Program-made: the position numbers and the translations under genes
Notes under the pieces: generated by a model
Databases searched by the model: none
Seen by the model: the letters and a program-made list of their open reading frames with translations, nothing else
What the model was told of the DNA's origin: nothing
Virus record (IMG/VR): IMGVR_UViG_3300023313_000001
Coordinates: 1 to 64,000 of that record
DNA length: 64,000 nt
Direction: 5' to 3' (one strand)
Part shown: in pieces, positions 37,371 through 46,745 of the stretch
Numbering within the stretch: the first letter of the stretch is position 1
How the letters are laid out: the number at the start of each line of letters is the position of its first letter

Positions 37371-37658
37371 TTGTTTATGATAACAACTACTGTACACTGG
37401 AAATTGGACCACTATGATATAGACATTCGACGTCCTGCTAAATGGGGGAATCCATTCAAGATAGGAGTTGATGGTACTAGGTCTGAAGTCATTCAAAAAT
37501 TCGAAGATTATGTTAGATCTACTCCAGAACTGTTATCTGATATTGAAGAACTCAGAGGCAAACGTCTTGGTTGTTGGTGTGCACCAAAACCATGTCATGG
37601 TGATGTGTTAATTTCACTATTAGATGAGATTGCTTACAATAAGCTAATGGAATTTTAA
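37371..37658 (+). CDS. DUF4326 family protein
   Basis: RPAKWGNPFKIG.DG.R.EVI..F...L.GKRLGCWCAPKPCHGDVL. Confidence 0.85.
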   Translation: MFMITTTVHWKLDHYDIDIRRPAKWGNPFKIGVDGTRSEVIQKFEDYVRSTPELLSDIEELRGKRLGCWCAPKPCHGDVLISLLDEIAYNKLMEF

Positions 37659-37685
37659 ACTAAACATTAGGTAAGGCTGGACAAC

Positions 37686-38189
37686 ATGAATTTAACAGAA
37701 GTAACTAATACAGACAAACCCATCATTTTAGTGTTTGGACGATTGTGTTCAGGTAAAGGCACATACTGTCTGAGTAAGAAATATCAAAACTATACACACA
37801 TCACTACATCTGATATTGTAAAAAAAGTTTCCGGAAAACACACTCGTGGAGATTTACAAAAGACTGCAGATTTCGACGTACAAATTGCTGACGAAATGAT
37901 AACGTTCATTAAAAAGAACAAAAGCTCTATCATTGATGGAATTAGACAAAAGTCGATTGTAGATAAAATTATCAGTACCTTTGGGAATGATCAAATAGAC
38001 TTAATTTGGTTAGATGTTCCTTCTGATATCAGAAAAGCTAGATTTACTTCTCGATCAAGAGATAACGATGATCAGGGGTTCGAAAAAGCAGAAGCTGGAG
38101 ACAGCGCTTTAGGACTAGATGATTTGGAAGCACATTATAGAAGTATGAGTAACATAATTAATAACTACAACACCCAGTCGAAAAAATAA
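37686..38189 (+). CDS. P-loop NMP kinase-like protein
   Basis: VFGRLCSGKGT Walker A, IIDGIR, R..RF..R.R. Confidence 0.7.
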   Translation: MNLTEVTNTDKPIILVFGRLCSGKGTYCLSKKYQNYTHITTSDIVKKVSGKHTRGDLQKTADFDVQIADEMITFIKKNKSSIIDGIRQKSIVDKIISTFGNDQIDLIWLDVPSDIRKARFTSRSRDNDDQGFEKAEAGDSALGLDDLEAHYRSMSNIINNYNTQSKK

Positions 38190-38263
38190 ACTCAAATACC
38201 GTTTACTTCTAACGACTCATCCATATATAATATCTGAGTTATCAACACCAGCAAGGATATTAT

Positions 38264-38779
38264 ATGTCGCACAATTGCAAATACACTTCGACCAAAACTT
38301 ATCACCAAGCGTTCCCTGTGGCATACCGTCAATGGCGTGCAGATCGAAAGAGTGGTAAAACATCTGGCATGTATACTCAAACTGAAATTCCTGGATGTAA
38401 CGCTATCCATGGATATGCTCTATCAATGCATTTTGAATTTTCCACAGATGTTCTAGATGCTAGAAATTGGGTTATGGATTTTGGTGGTTTAAGAGAACTG
38501 AAAAATATGTTAGATGAATACTTTGACCATACATTATTATTAGCTCAAGATGATCCAGATTATGATCAGATCAAAGCGTTAGGAACTGCTGGGCTTGCTA
38601 AGATAACGGAAGTTGAACGAACTGGATGTGAAGGAATAGCTGACTGGTTATATGAATACATCAATACCATATTTTTACCAAATTATGGTGAGGCTGATCG
38701 TATATGGTGTACTAAAATAGAAGTAAGGGAAACTGATAAAAACATGGCGTTCAGAAGTGGTTATCGAGATATTGAATAA
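38264..38779 (+). CDS. queD: 6-pyruvoyl-tetrahydropterin/6-carboxytetrahydropterin synthase
   Basis: AYRQWRA...C..IHGY, LD.RNWVMDFGGL, FDHTLL, GCE, EVRET.KN.A. Confidence 0.85.
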   Translation: MSHNCKYTSTKTYHQAFPVAYRQWRADRKSGKTSGMYTQTEIPGCNAIHGYALSMHFEFSTDVLDARNWVMDFGGLRELKNMLDEYFDHTLLLAQDDPDYDQIKALGTAGLAKITEVERTGCEGIADWLYEYINTIFLPNYGEADRIWCTKIEVRETDKNMAFRSGYRDIE

Positions 38780-38811
38780 CACATAACTTAAATAATATAG
38801 GAATACTAACA

Positions 38812-39039
38812 ATGAATTATGCACAACTAGCAGAACAAGCGTACGTATCGTACGGAGAATATTCAAATTGGAAAAACTACCAAGGTAGTGGAATGCCAGC
38901 ATGGAAAGATTTACCACAATCAAATCAAAATGCGTGGATGAATGCAGCAGAATCTACGGTGGCACTAGTGCTAGACGATGTAGAGGGAGCAGTAGAGATG
39001 TCCAAGACTGAAATTTGTCCAAGGTTTGTTGCAGGGTAG
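38812..39039 (+). CDS. hypothetical protein
   Basis: AY..Y...NYQG..MP.W.DLP....AW. Confidence 0.65.
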   Translation: MNYAQLAEQAYVSYGEYSNWKNYQGSGMPAWKDLPQSNQNAWMNAAESTVALVLDDVEGAVEMSKTEICPRFVAG

Positions 39040-39171
39040 AATATATACCTAAGCACTGGATGATTCGACTGAGTGCACTTTGAGTTTCAAGTCGACGCAA
39101 GTTGGGAGGTCTTGTTCCTTTATCTTCCAAACTTTTTCATTACAATACATAAAACACAAGGAAAATTAATA

Positions 39172-39864
39172 ATGTCGTATAATAAATTAAAGTGTGACAG
39201 TGCACTAGGTGCACTAGTCCAAAAACATCTCGAATCTCTACAATTACATACTCCAATGGTAGAATCTCCTTTATCAGAACAACAAAAAATTGATGCTATC
39301 AAACCCTTAATGCATGATATAATGGCAGTATTAGGATTAGATCTGACTGACGATAGTTTAGCAGACACTCCCCACAGAGTGGCTAAAATGTTTGTGAGAG
39401 AAATTTTTTGGGGATTAGATCCAGCTGCGTTTCCCAAATGTACAACAGTCAATAATAAAATGACTAGGGGGAATGAGTTCGTGTTAGAAAAAAACGTAAG
39501 CGTTAACTCTACATGCGAACACCATTTTCTACCCATATTAGGTGGATGTTGTATAGCGTATGTTCCACAAGATAAAGTTTTAGGATTGAGTAAGTTAAAT
39601 CGAGTCGCTGAATATTTCTCCAAGCGACCTCAGGTACAGGAAAGATTGACATCTCAAATTAGAGAGGCACTGGCCTTTATCTTAGGCACAGACGATGTTA
39701 TTGTTTACATCGATGCCAAACATACATGTGTGTCTACTAGGGGGGTGGAAGATGTTGGGTCGTCTACCGTAACGATGTCAGCTGGCGGTATATTTAATAC
39801 CCCAGAGTCTAGCATTCGATCTGAATTTTTAGCAATAGCTAGATCTGGAATGAATTTAGTGTAA
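39172..39864 (+). CDS. folE: GTP cyclohydrolase I
   Basis: LDL.DDSL.DTP.RVAKM, STCEHHF, GLSKLNR, RPQVQERLT, HTCV..RGV. Confidence 0.95.
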   Translation: MSYNKLKCDSALGALVQKHLESLQLHTPMVESPLSEQQKIDAIKPLMHDIMAVLGLDLTDDSLADTPHRVAKMFVREIFWGLDPAAFPKCTTVNNKMTRGNEFVLEKNVSVNSTCEHHFLPILGGCCIAYVPQDKVLGLSKLNRVAEYFSKRPQVQERLTSQIREALAFILGTDDVIVYIDAKHTCVSTRGVEDVGSSTVTMSAGGIFNTPESSIRSEFLAIARSGMNLV

Positions 39865-39907
39865 GTTAAGTCACAATGAATTCATTGTTAAGTCACAATG
39901 AATTCAT
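39865..39907 (+). repeat. 21-bp direct repeat containing a 16-bp palindrome
   Basis: GTTAAGTCACAATGAATTCAT x2; ACAATGAATTCATTGT palindrome. Confidence 0.85.
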
Positions 39908-39981
39908 CTACCCCCACCCGACCGTTGAGTTAAATTTAATTATGTAGTACAGTTAATTAAATTTAGAAAATAGGGAACATC

Positions 39982-40344
39982 ATGACTGACATATCTCACA
40001 CAGTAGATCTGAGTACCTTAATATTATCTGATAAACCTCACCCTGAACCAGATTGGGAAAATCCGCGCGTGACAATCTCCATTGGGTTGAATGCACGAAT
40101 GCAAATCATTGAAATCATTAATGACGCAACAGCTAATCCGTACATAGTTGAAATGTTCGATGAGGGTGGTATTGAAGACGAGTTAGAATTTGATGACGAA
40201 GTTGGCATTTATCGTGCTGAACTTAGTACATTAGATACCTCATATGAAATGGAGTATGGCAGAGAATATGATTGGGATCCTGTGGTTAAACTGACACACA
40301 AGTACAACTTTATAACTTGCGGATGGGATGAAACAGATGACTAA
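39982..40344 (+). CDS. hypothetical acidic protein
   Basis: ORF track. Confidence 0.65.
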   Translation: MTDISHTVDLSTLILSDKPHPEPDWENPRVTISIGLNARMQIIEIINDATANPYIVEMFDEGGIEDELEFDDEVGIYRAELSTLDTSYEMEYGREYDWDPVVKLTHKYNFITCGWDETDD

Positions 40345-40612
40345 TAAAAAGAAAACAATTATCCATGTTAATCAATTTAAAATAAAAGCCAACAATAAAA
40401 CTATCCGTGAAAATCCTGATGATTGGATAGATAAACTAGAACCACCACTCACTGTTAAAACGTATAATACCAACGATTATTGTGATCGTGCTGATATTAC
40501 TGTTGGTGGGAAAGTGGTGGCTTCAATAATTCATCGTCCACATAAACCACTAAGTTGTGGGGCTAGAGTGTGGATAGAAACTTATGAGGATGTTGAATTA
40601 AAGTTCAACTAA
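40328..40612 (+). CDS. conserved phage hypothetical protein
   Basis: IIHVNQ..I.AN...P.LTVK...P.KPLSCGARVWIET. Confidence 0.75.
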   Translation: MKQMTNKKKTIIHVNQFKIKANNKTIRENPDDWIDKLEPPLTVKTYNTNDYCDRADITVGGKVVASIIHRPHKPLSCGARVWIETYEDVELKFN

Positions 40613-40618
40613 AGTAAT

Positions 40619-41137
40619 ATGTTATCAATTTACACCCCCGAAGTAAAATTAACCCCATCTATTAACATGTTTGTAGCTGGCAGTATTGAAATGGGAACTG
40701 CTGAAAATTGGCAAGACCTTCTGTTACAAAAGCTATCACTATTTAATGATGATGAATCATTTAACCTCAATGTGTTTAACCCTCGTCGAGCTGATTGGGA
40801 TACATCTATTGATCCTACATCCAACGATCCCGAGTTAATGTATCAAATTAATTGGGAGTTAGATGCATTAGATACAGCAGATATTATTGTATTGTTCTTA
40901 GATCCGAACACTAAATCTCCAATATCGTTATTAGAATTAGGATTATACTCTGGTAAGCGACTGATAGTGTATTGCCCACCAGAATTTTATCGAAGTGCTA
41001 ATGTACGAGTTACCTGTGCACGACACGACATTGAATTGCACACCGATCGTAAGGAATGGATTGATTCTATATTGGGTACTATATTGATATTACTTGAACG
41101 AAAGATAACCCCTACAACAGTCCTGGATTTCCAATAG
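40619..41137 (+). CDS. nucleoside 2-deoxyribosyltransferase-like protein
   Basis: F.AGSIEMG.A.NWQ, FNPRR.DWD, QINWEL.AL..AD, SPISLLELGL. Confidence 0.85.
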   Translation: MLSIYTPEVKLTPSINMFVAGSIEMGTAENWQDLLLQKLSLFNDDESFNLNVFNPRRADWDTSIDPTSNDPELMYQINWELDALDTADIIVLFLDPNTKSPISLLELGLYSGKRLIVYCPPEFYRSANVRVTCARHDIELHTDRKEWIDSILGTILILLERKITPTTVLDFQ

Positions 41138-41230
41138 GTAATAAGCGTTAGATATAGTTATGTGGTTGATATCAACATGGAGTTACCGTAACCCTGTTGT
41201 ATTAATGTCAAATGTATGTACAATTGCTTC

Positions 41231-41327
41231 ACTGATTTGTTGCGAAGCGTAGAGTTACTTCAAAAATACTCGACCTTAACCGTCGAGCTTAATGCTTACA
41301 CTTTTCGTGTTTTTATCTCAAACCAGT
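41231..41327 (+). ncRNA. Y RNA 1 (Ro60-associated, no tRNA-like domain)
   Basis: Shared TGCGAAG..AGAGTTACTTC / TCG..TTTTATCTCA motifs, terminal stem, upstream of Ro60. Confidence 0.7.
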
Positions 41328-41351
41328 ACTAAACGGGCTATATAGTAGCAC

Positions 41352-41443
41352 GTTTTTAAGAATATTGCTGCGAAGCATTGGGTTACTTCACTTTTAATGA
41401 AACTAACACCCTATCGCGATTTTATCTCAGTATTCTTAAAAAC
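41352..41443 (+). ncRNA. Y RNA 2 (Ro60-associated)
   Basis: Same motifs; long terminal stem TTTTAAGAATATTG/CAGTATTCTTAAAA. Confidence 0.7.
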
Positions 41444-41578
41444 ATGTTGCTGCGAAGATTAGAGTTACTTCTATGGTAAAGACGAGATGTTGGTTCGAGT
41501 CCAACTCAATCCGTAAGGATTGATAGCTTAACGGATAAAGCACGAAAATCTCTCTCATCGATTTTATCTCAACATGTT
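41441..41578 (+). ncRNA. Y RNA 3, YrlA-type with permuted tRNA-like domain
   Basis: T arm GTTGG-TTCGAGT-CCAAC, closed acceptor hairpin, then D arm TAGCTT..GG..AAGC. Confidence 0.8.
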
Positions 41579-41660
41579 ATTATTAATATTATCAACTTCG
41601 TTAACTATTTTGAAATGATAACGGAAAATACATTTCCATAACCTCACAAAATATTTAACG

Positions 41661-41800
41661 AAGTTGATGTTGCGAAGATTAGAGTTACTTCTCCCTGGAT
41701 GTCGTCGGTTCGATTCCGACTTTAGGATCTGATTCCTTTATAGCTCAGTTGGTAGAGCGCCTGGCTCAACAGTCTCTTATCGTTTTTACCTCATCAACTT
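41661..41800 (+). ncRNA. Y RNA 4, YrlA-type with permuted tRNA-like domain
   Basis: T arm GTCGG-TTCGATT-CCGAC, then TAGCTCAGTTGGTAGAGC D arm. Confidence 0.8.
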
Positions 41801-41840
41801 GTTTTATTTAAGCTGCTCAATCTCTTAATAGGAAACTACA

Positions 41841-43388
41841 ATGACTAAAATGAACCCAAAAAATACAAACACTAACCGTTACAAAGGCGTGAGCTTTAAC
41901 AGGAATGTTCAAGAACTGAAAGGTGCTGAACAAGCTCTGTATGAAATCATTGTAACTACTTTATTCGGTAAGGATAAATTTTACGAATCAAATGATGAAA
42001 CACTAGTGCGTTTAAAAGATGCTGTGAATAAGGTCGTTGCTAAAGGTAACGTGGATTTCATTGCAAACTCAATCGTGCACGCTCGTTCAGTAATGAACAT
42101 TCGTTCTATGCCAGTAATATTAACTGTGTTGTTGGCAGAGTCTCTCCGTGCACACAATACTACATATGAAAACATGCGTCGATTGACTACGGATGTTATT
42201 CAACGTGCTGATCAAATCAATGATTTATTTGCGTATGCAGTAAACGTATTTGGATCGGGTAAAAAAGTTCCTATGGCAATCAAACGTGGTTTAGCTGATG
42301 CATTCAACAATTTCGGGGCATACGCTTTTGCGAAATACAATCGCACTAATGGAACGGTAAAGTTCACCGACGTATTGCGTGTTGTTCATCCAAAAGCTAA
42401 GGATGTGGCACAGGCTGAAATTTTCGATAAACTAATGAATGGATCACGTATTGAGCAAACAGAAGCTGGTACACTTTCAACTCCGTACACCTGGGAAACT
42501 GAATTATCAGAAGCAGGTAAAACTGGAAAGTCAAAAGCTAAAGTTTGGACAGAACTAATCAAGTCTGATAAATTAGGTTATATGGCACTGTTACGTAACT
42601 TACGTAATATGATTCAGGAAGGCGTAAGTACTAGTGTGATGAATTCCGTGTATGAGCGACTAGCTGATCCAGAACAAGTTGTTAAGTCTAAGCAACTACC
42701 ATTTCGTTTCGTGAATGCGTATGATGCTGTGGTAGGTGCTCCTGCGAAGATGAAACGTGCTATCTCTCGTGCTATGGATGCTAGTTTATCAAACATACCT
42801 TCACTTGGGGATAACCTTTGGATAGTTGTGGATGTTTCGGCTTCAATGGATGGTACGTGGAGTCTAAGAACTTCCGATGGAGCAGCACCAATTAACACTG
42901 CAACATTATTTGCTGCAGCATTAGCGAAAGCCAATGCTGAGGCTGATAATGTAAAAATAACGTTATTTAGTGATGGTGCTAAGCATGCTTCTATCAATAC
43001 TGACGATAGTGTTATGTCTATTGCTTACAAACTACGTAAAGAGGTTTACGGTGGTGGAACTAACCTGGAGGCAGCACTAAGTGAGATTAAAACTCTCGGA
43101 TTTAAACCAGACACCGTGGTATTGTTTAGCGATATGCAGGTTAACCGGTTACGTGGTGGCAAATCAGTATCTAGTTACTTTGATGACAACACTATTAAGG
43201 TGGCTATAGATCTTACCGGATATGCTTCAACCCCAGTAGGTCCAATGGATGGCTGGCATCAATTGTCAGGATGGAGTGAACGTTTGTTTGATTTCATTCC
43301 AGCCATTAAAAACAAGTCTTCAGTGACGAAACAACTTTCAGTTCCTTATCTCGGGGTAGCTGGAATTAAGAAGCTCCACCGTCAGTAA
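41841..43388 (+). CDS. Ro60/TROVE-vWA RNA-binding protein (Rsr)
   Basis: D.FYES, YAFAKY.R, DVLRVVHPK, PYTWETELS, LGYMALLRNLRN, SKQLPFRF..AY, vWA DVSASM, GGTN, SDMQ. Confidence 0.92.
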   Translation: MTKMNPKNTNTNRYKGVSFNRNVQELKGAEQALYEIIVTTLFGKDKFYESNDETLVRLKDAVNKVVAKGNVDFIANSIVHARSVMNIRSMPVILTVLLAESLRAHNTTYENMRRLTTDVIQRADQINDLFAYAVNVFGSGKKVPMAIKRGLADAFNNFGAYAFAKYNRTNGTVKFTDVLRVVHPKAKDVAQAEIFDKLMNGSRIEQTEAGTLSTPYTWETELSEAGKTGKSKAKVWTELIKSDKLGYMALLRNLRNMIQEGVSTSVMNSVYERLADPEQVVKSKQLPFRFVNAYDAVVGAPAKMKRAISRAMDASLSNIPSLGDNLWIVVDVSASMDGTWSLRTSDGAAPINTATLFAAALAKANAEADNVKITLFSDGAKHASINTDDSVMSIAYKLRKEVYGGGTNLEAALSEIKTLGFKPDTVVLFSDMQVNRLRGGKSVSSYFDDNTIKVAIDLTGYASTPVGPMDGWHQLSGWSERLFDFIPAIKNKSSVTKQLSVPYLGVAGIKKLHRQ

Positions 43389-43409
43389 CTAAATTATCAC
43401 TGATCGCCA

Positions 43410-43446
43410 AATGGGTTAAGGAAGTACTTCCTTAACCCATTTTTTT
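43410..43446 (+). terminator. Rho-independent terminator
   Basis: ATGGGTTAAGGAAG-TAC-TTCCTTAACCCAT plus U tract. Confidence 0.85.
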
Positions 43447-43510
43447 ATGTGTTCAATATAGTTGAGTCCATGTATACTCTGTTCCACATTCATTTATAGG
43501 AGCATCAATC

Positions 43511-44464
43511 GTGTCAAAGAATATGGTTTTATTTTCCGGCAATGCAACAATAGGGTTAGCCCAAAGAATCGCTAAAGATTTACAGACGGATCTTGGAAAA
43601 ATGATAGTTGGTAATTTTAGTGACGGAGAAACAAAAGTTCAAATCAATGAAAATGTGCGTGGTCAGGATGTGTACTTAATACAGTCTACTTGCTCCCGAG
43701 CCAACCATAATATCATGGAATTACTAATCATGATAGATGCAGTACGTAGGTCTGCTGCTAAAAGCATAACTGCTGTGATTCCATATTTTGGGTACTCTCG
43801 CCAAGATAGACGTCCTGGATTTTCTAGAGTTCCCATCACGTCTAGTTTAGTTGCCAAATTGTTAGAGACAGCTGGAGCAAATCATGTTGTGACAGTGGAT
43901 CTGCATGCCCAACAAATTCAAGGGTTCTTTAATATGCCTATTATCAATGCCACTGCTGCTAGTATATTGACGAACGATATTGAACGACGATACATGTCGT
44001 CTGACGCGATAATGGTATCTCCGGATGTAGGAGGAGTAGCTAGAGCTAGAGCTATTGCTAAGAAGATTGGTGATGGACATATGGATTTGGCTATTATCGA
44101 TAAACGGCGTCCAGAAGCAAACGTATCAGAGGTCATGAATATTATCGGAGATGTCAAAGGAAAAACTTGTATTATAGTAGACGACATTGTAGATACTGCA
44201 GGAACGTTATGTAAGGCTGCTCAAGCCCTAGTAGATGCTGGAGCAAATAGTGTGGTAGCCTACTGTACACACCCTGTACTCTCAGGAGAGGCTATTCACA
44301 CCATATCTAATTCTGTACTGACTGAACTGGTAGTGACTGATACTATTCCGCTACTACCATCTGCAGTAGAATGTAAAATCCGAAGTTTATCTACAGCAAA
44401 AATTTTATCAGATACCATTCGCCGTATTCATAACGACGATAGTGTATCAGGGCTATTTTCGTAA
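43511..44464 (+). CDS. prs: ribose-phosphate pyrophosphokinase
   Basis: [52 protein letters not shown]. Confidence 0.95.
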   Translation: MSKNMVLFSGNATIGLAQRIAKDLQTDLGKMIVGNFSDGETKVQINENVRGQDVYLIQSTCSRANHNIMELLIMIDAVRRSAAKSITAVIPYFGYSRQDRRPGFSRVPITSSLVAKLLETAGANHVVTVDLHAQQIQGFFNMPIINATAASILTNDIERRYMSSDAIMVSPDVGGVARARAIAKKIGDGHMDLAIIDKRRPEANVSEVMNIIGDVKGKTCIIVDDIVDTAGTLCKAAQALVDAGANSVVAYCTHPVLSGEAIHTISNSVLTELVVTDTIPLLPSAVECKIRSLSTAKILSDTIRRIHNDDSVSGLFS

Positions 44465-44773
44465 GGAGTATAATTACTGTGGAATTCTAACATACTGAGT
44501 TGCTACCTAAATACTAGACACACAATGGAGGTAGCATGTATGGATTCAAAAAGTACGGAGCGTCTGACTGATATATTCAGATTTGCGTTAGTGATGGGTA
44601 TCATCCATCTTGTGATAAGTTTATCGTTCTTAACTTTGGTATTTTTCATCAAATAACCCTTCTCATATTGAGATGATCCTCGTATACTTGATTGAGAACA
44701 AGTCAAAGGTATGAAATAACATATAGATACTGTGGTCAATCATGACACTAAAATCCAACTATGAGGAAATACT

Positions 44774-45205
44774 ATGAACCTGATAACAACGATTAAACAA
44801 GACCAACTAAAAGCTCGTAAGAATAAACATAATGTAGTTGCTACAATACTAACAACATTATTAGGAGAGGCTTTAATGATTGGTAAAGATGACGGAGATC
44901 GGGAAACCACAGATAAAGAAGTGTTAGGGATAATTCGAAAGTTTATTAAAAACATAGATTTCACAATAGAACAAATTGCAGTAGTACCTGATGCATTAAT
45001 TACGGAAAAAACTGTATTACAGAAATATTTACCAGTACAACTAACTTACGATGCTCTTAACGATGCTATTTATAGCATTATTGATCTGCGAGGGTTGACT
45101 GGAATGAAGGGCCTAGGAGTGGTAATGAAGCAGCTCAACCAAAACTTTAATGGCCAATATGATGGGAAGCAAGCATCATCCATAGCTAAAGGAATGCTGG
45201 CTTGA
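44774..45205 (+). CDS. GatB/YqeY domain protein
   Basis: I..DQ..ARK, D.EV...I.K, E..VL..YLP.QL, G.VM..L...F.GQYDG. Confidence 0.85.
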   Translation: MNLITTIKQDQLKARKNKHNVVATILTTLLGEALMIGKDDGDRETTDKEVLGIIRKFIKNIDFTIEQIAVVPDALITEKTVLQKYLPVQLTYDALNDAIYSIIDLRGLTGMKGLGVVMKQLNQNFNGQYDGKQASSIAKGMLA

Positions 45206-45384
45206 GTAATAATTTATTAAATACCGAGCACCTAGAGACCTTGGTTGCTCGATTGAAATATGTGAATGCATTGATATCAATTCACCTCACTGAAGCTCCC
45301 TCAACACCAGTCACTGCATTGATTAGTGAGCGATACAACTTACGAGCAGAGATCAAGTTACTCAACATACACTTGAAACTATAA
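45202..45384 (+). CDS. hypothetical protein
   Basis: ORF track. Confidence 0.45.
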   Translation: MSNNLLNTEHLETLVARLKYVNALISIHLTEAPSTPVTALISERYNLRAEIKLLNIHLKL

Positions 45385-45396
45385 TGGATTATTAAT

Positions 45397-45717
45397 ATGG
45401 AACATAATGAAGTATTACGATTAGTATTAGAAGAGAATGATGACCGCCGTAAAGTCGCCAGGTGTCGAATAAATCATGGAACAGAGGTTCCATGTAATAG
45501 CCAGAATAAATTCCACATACAGGTAGATTGGGTGTCTGAACAAGAATCTAAATTACTGGGTATGACATACAACGTATACGAAAATAGATTATCACATCAT
45601 TACTATGGAGCTGGACATGAATGGCGGGAATATAAGGATGGTGGATTGATACATATACACGACACAATGACTATAATGATGTTGCATGCTACTATGCAAA
45701 AATGGTGTGATAGATGA
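45397..45717 (+). CDS. hypothetical protein
   Basis: ORF track. Confidence 0.6.
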   Translation: MEHNEVLRLVLEENDDRRKVARCRINHGTEVPCNSQNKFHIQVDWVSEQESKLLGMTYNVYENRLSHHYYGAGHEWREYKDGGLIHIHDTMTIMMLHATMQKWCDR

Positions 45718-46004
45718 TTTGCGAACTATGTCAACGGGACATCCCACCTGACATGGTACAACGACACCATTTGGTTCCTAAAACATTCAAAGGAACTGAA
45801 CTAGTTAATCTTCATCCAATATGTCATAGAACTATTCACACTACATTTTCAGAACGTGAGCTGAAACAATACTACCACACTATTGATCGATTATTATCTG
45901 TGACACTGATCCAGAAATTCATAAAATGGATCAGTAATAAACCCCCAGAATATAACACTAAAACTAAAGATACTAACGAACGTAAGAAACGACGACGGAG
46001 ATAA
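45714..46004 (+). CDS. small HNH-like protein (YisB-type)
   Basis: CELCQR...HHLVPK...ICHRTIH..FSE.EL...F..WI. Confidence 0.8.
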   Translation: MICELCQRDIPPDMVQRHHLVPKTFKGTELVNLHPICHRTIHTTFSERELKQYYHTIDRLLSVTLIQKFIKWISNKPPEYNTKTKDTNERKKRRRR

Positions 46005-46010
46005 CAGCAC

Positions 46011-46517
46011 ATGACCACAGTGATTAATATTTTTGGGGGCCCTGGATCAGGTAAAACTACGTTAGCAGCTGGGTTGTTCCACAAAATGAAAATTAACCAG
46101 GTGGAAGTGGAGTTGGTGTCTGAATACGCTAAAGATATGGTATGGGAAGAACGGCCCAACATCATGGATGATCAATTATACATATTCACCAAACAGTACA
46201 GACGTATTGTTAGATTAATCGATAAAGTAGACTTTGTAATAGTAGATTCGCCGTTGTTGATGTGCAATGCGTATATCCTTCCTGGATATTTCACTAAACT
46301 AGAACCATTAATAGTTGAAGTGTTTAACACGTTTAATAACATTAACTTCGTGAAAGCTCGAACCACAGTATACAACTCTAACGGTAGGTGCCAAACCGAA
46401 AACCAAGCCCTTCAGAAAGACCGAGACATCCTAGATGTTCTACAAAAGTATTCAGCTCCATATTATGATACTGATGGGGATATAGACCTAATATTGGAAC
46501 ACATCGATGGTCTATAA
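46011..46517 (+). CDS. NadR/AAA_28-type P-loop kinase
   Basis: INIFGGPGSGKTT, ELVSEYAKD.VWE, DSPLL, GR.Q. Confidence 0.8.
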   Translation: MTTVINIFGGPGSGKTTLAAGLFHKMKINQVEVELVSEYAKDMVWEERPNIMDDQLYIFTKQYRRIVRLIDKVDFVIVDSPLLMCNAYILPGYFTKLEPLIVEVFNTFNNINFVKARTTVYNSNGRCQTENQALQKDRDILDVLQKYSAPYYDTDGDIDLILEHIDGL

Positions 46518-46540
46518 ATACCTCCAATAAAGGAGGCTAT

Positions 46541-46744
46541 ATGAAATTAATATTATTACTATCAGCAGTTGTGATAATTTGTGGACTACTATTAAGTAGC
46601 TGTAAATCCACCAAATCTACACCAACTCCATTCAAAGTAAGTACTAAAAAAATTATCGCACCAGGATGCGTGCAACTACACAAGGATGTAGAAGAATGGA
46701 ATAACCAGCATCCAGATAAGGAGCCGCGTATAGCGGATTGTTAA
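46541..46744 (+). CDS. small lipoprotein
   Basis: Lipobox LLSSC; TATAAATA upstream. Confidence 0.65.
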   Translation: MKLILLLSAVVIICGLLLSSCKSTKSTPTPFKVSTKKIIAPGCVQLHKDVEEWNNQHPDKEPRIADC

Positions 46745-46745
46745 T

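Noticed and set aside
41480-41765. Standard tRNA genes inside Y RNA 3 and Y RNA 4
   Set aside because: The T arm precedes the D arm and there is no CCA end; these are YrlA-type tRNA-mimic domains.
41231-41800. CRISPR array
   Set aside because: The repeats are bipartite and degenerate with structured interiors, there are no cas genes, and the Ro60 context explains them as Y RNAs.
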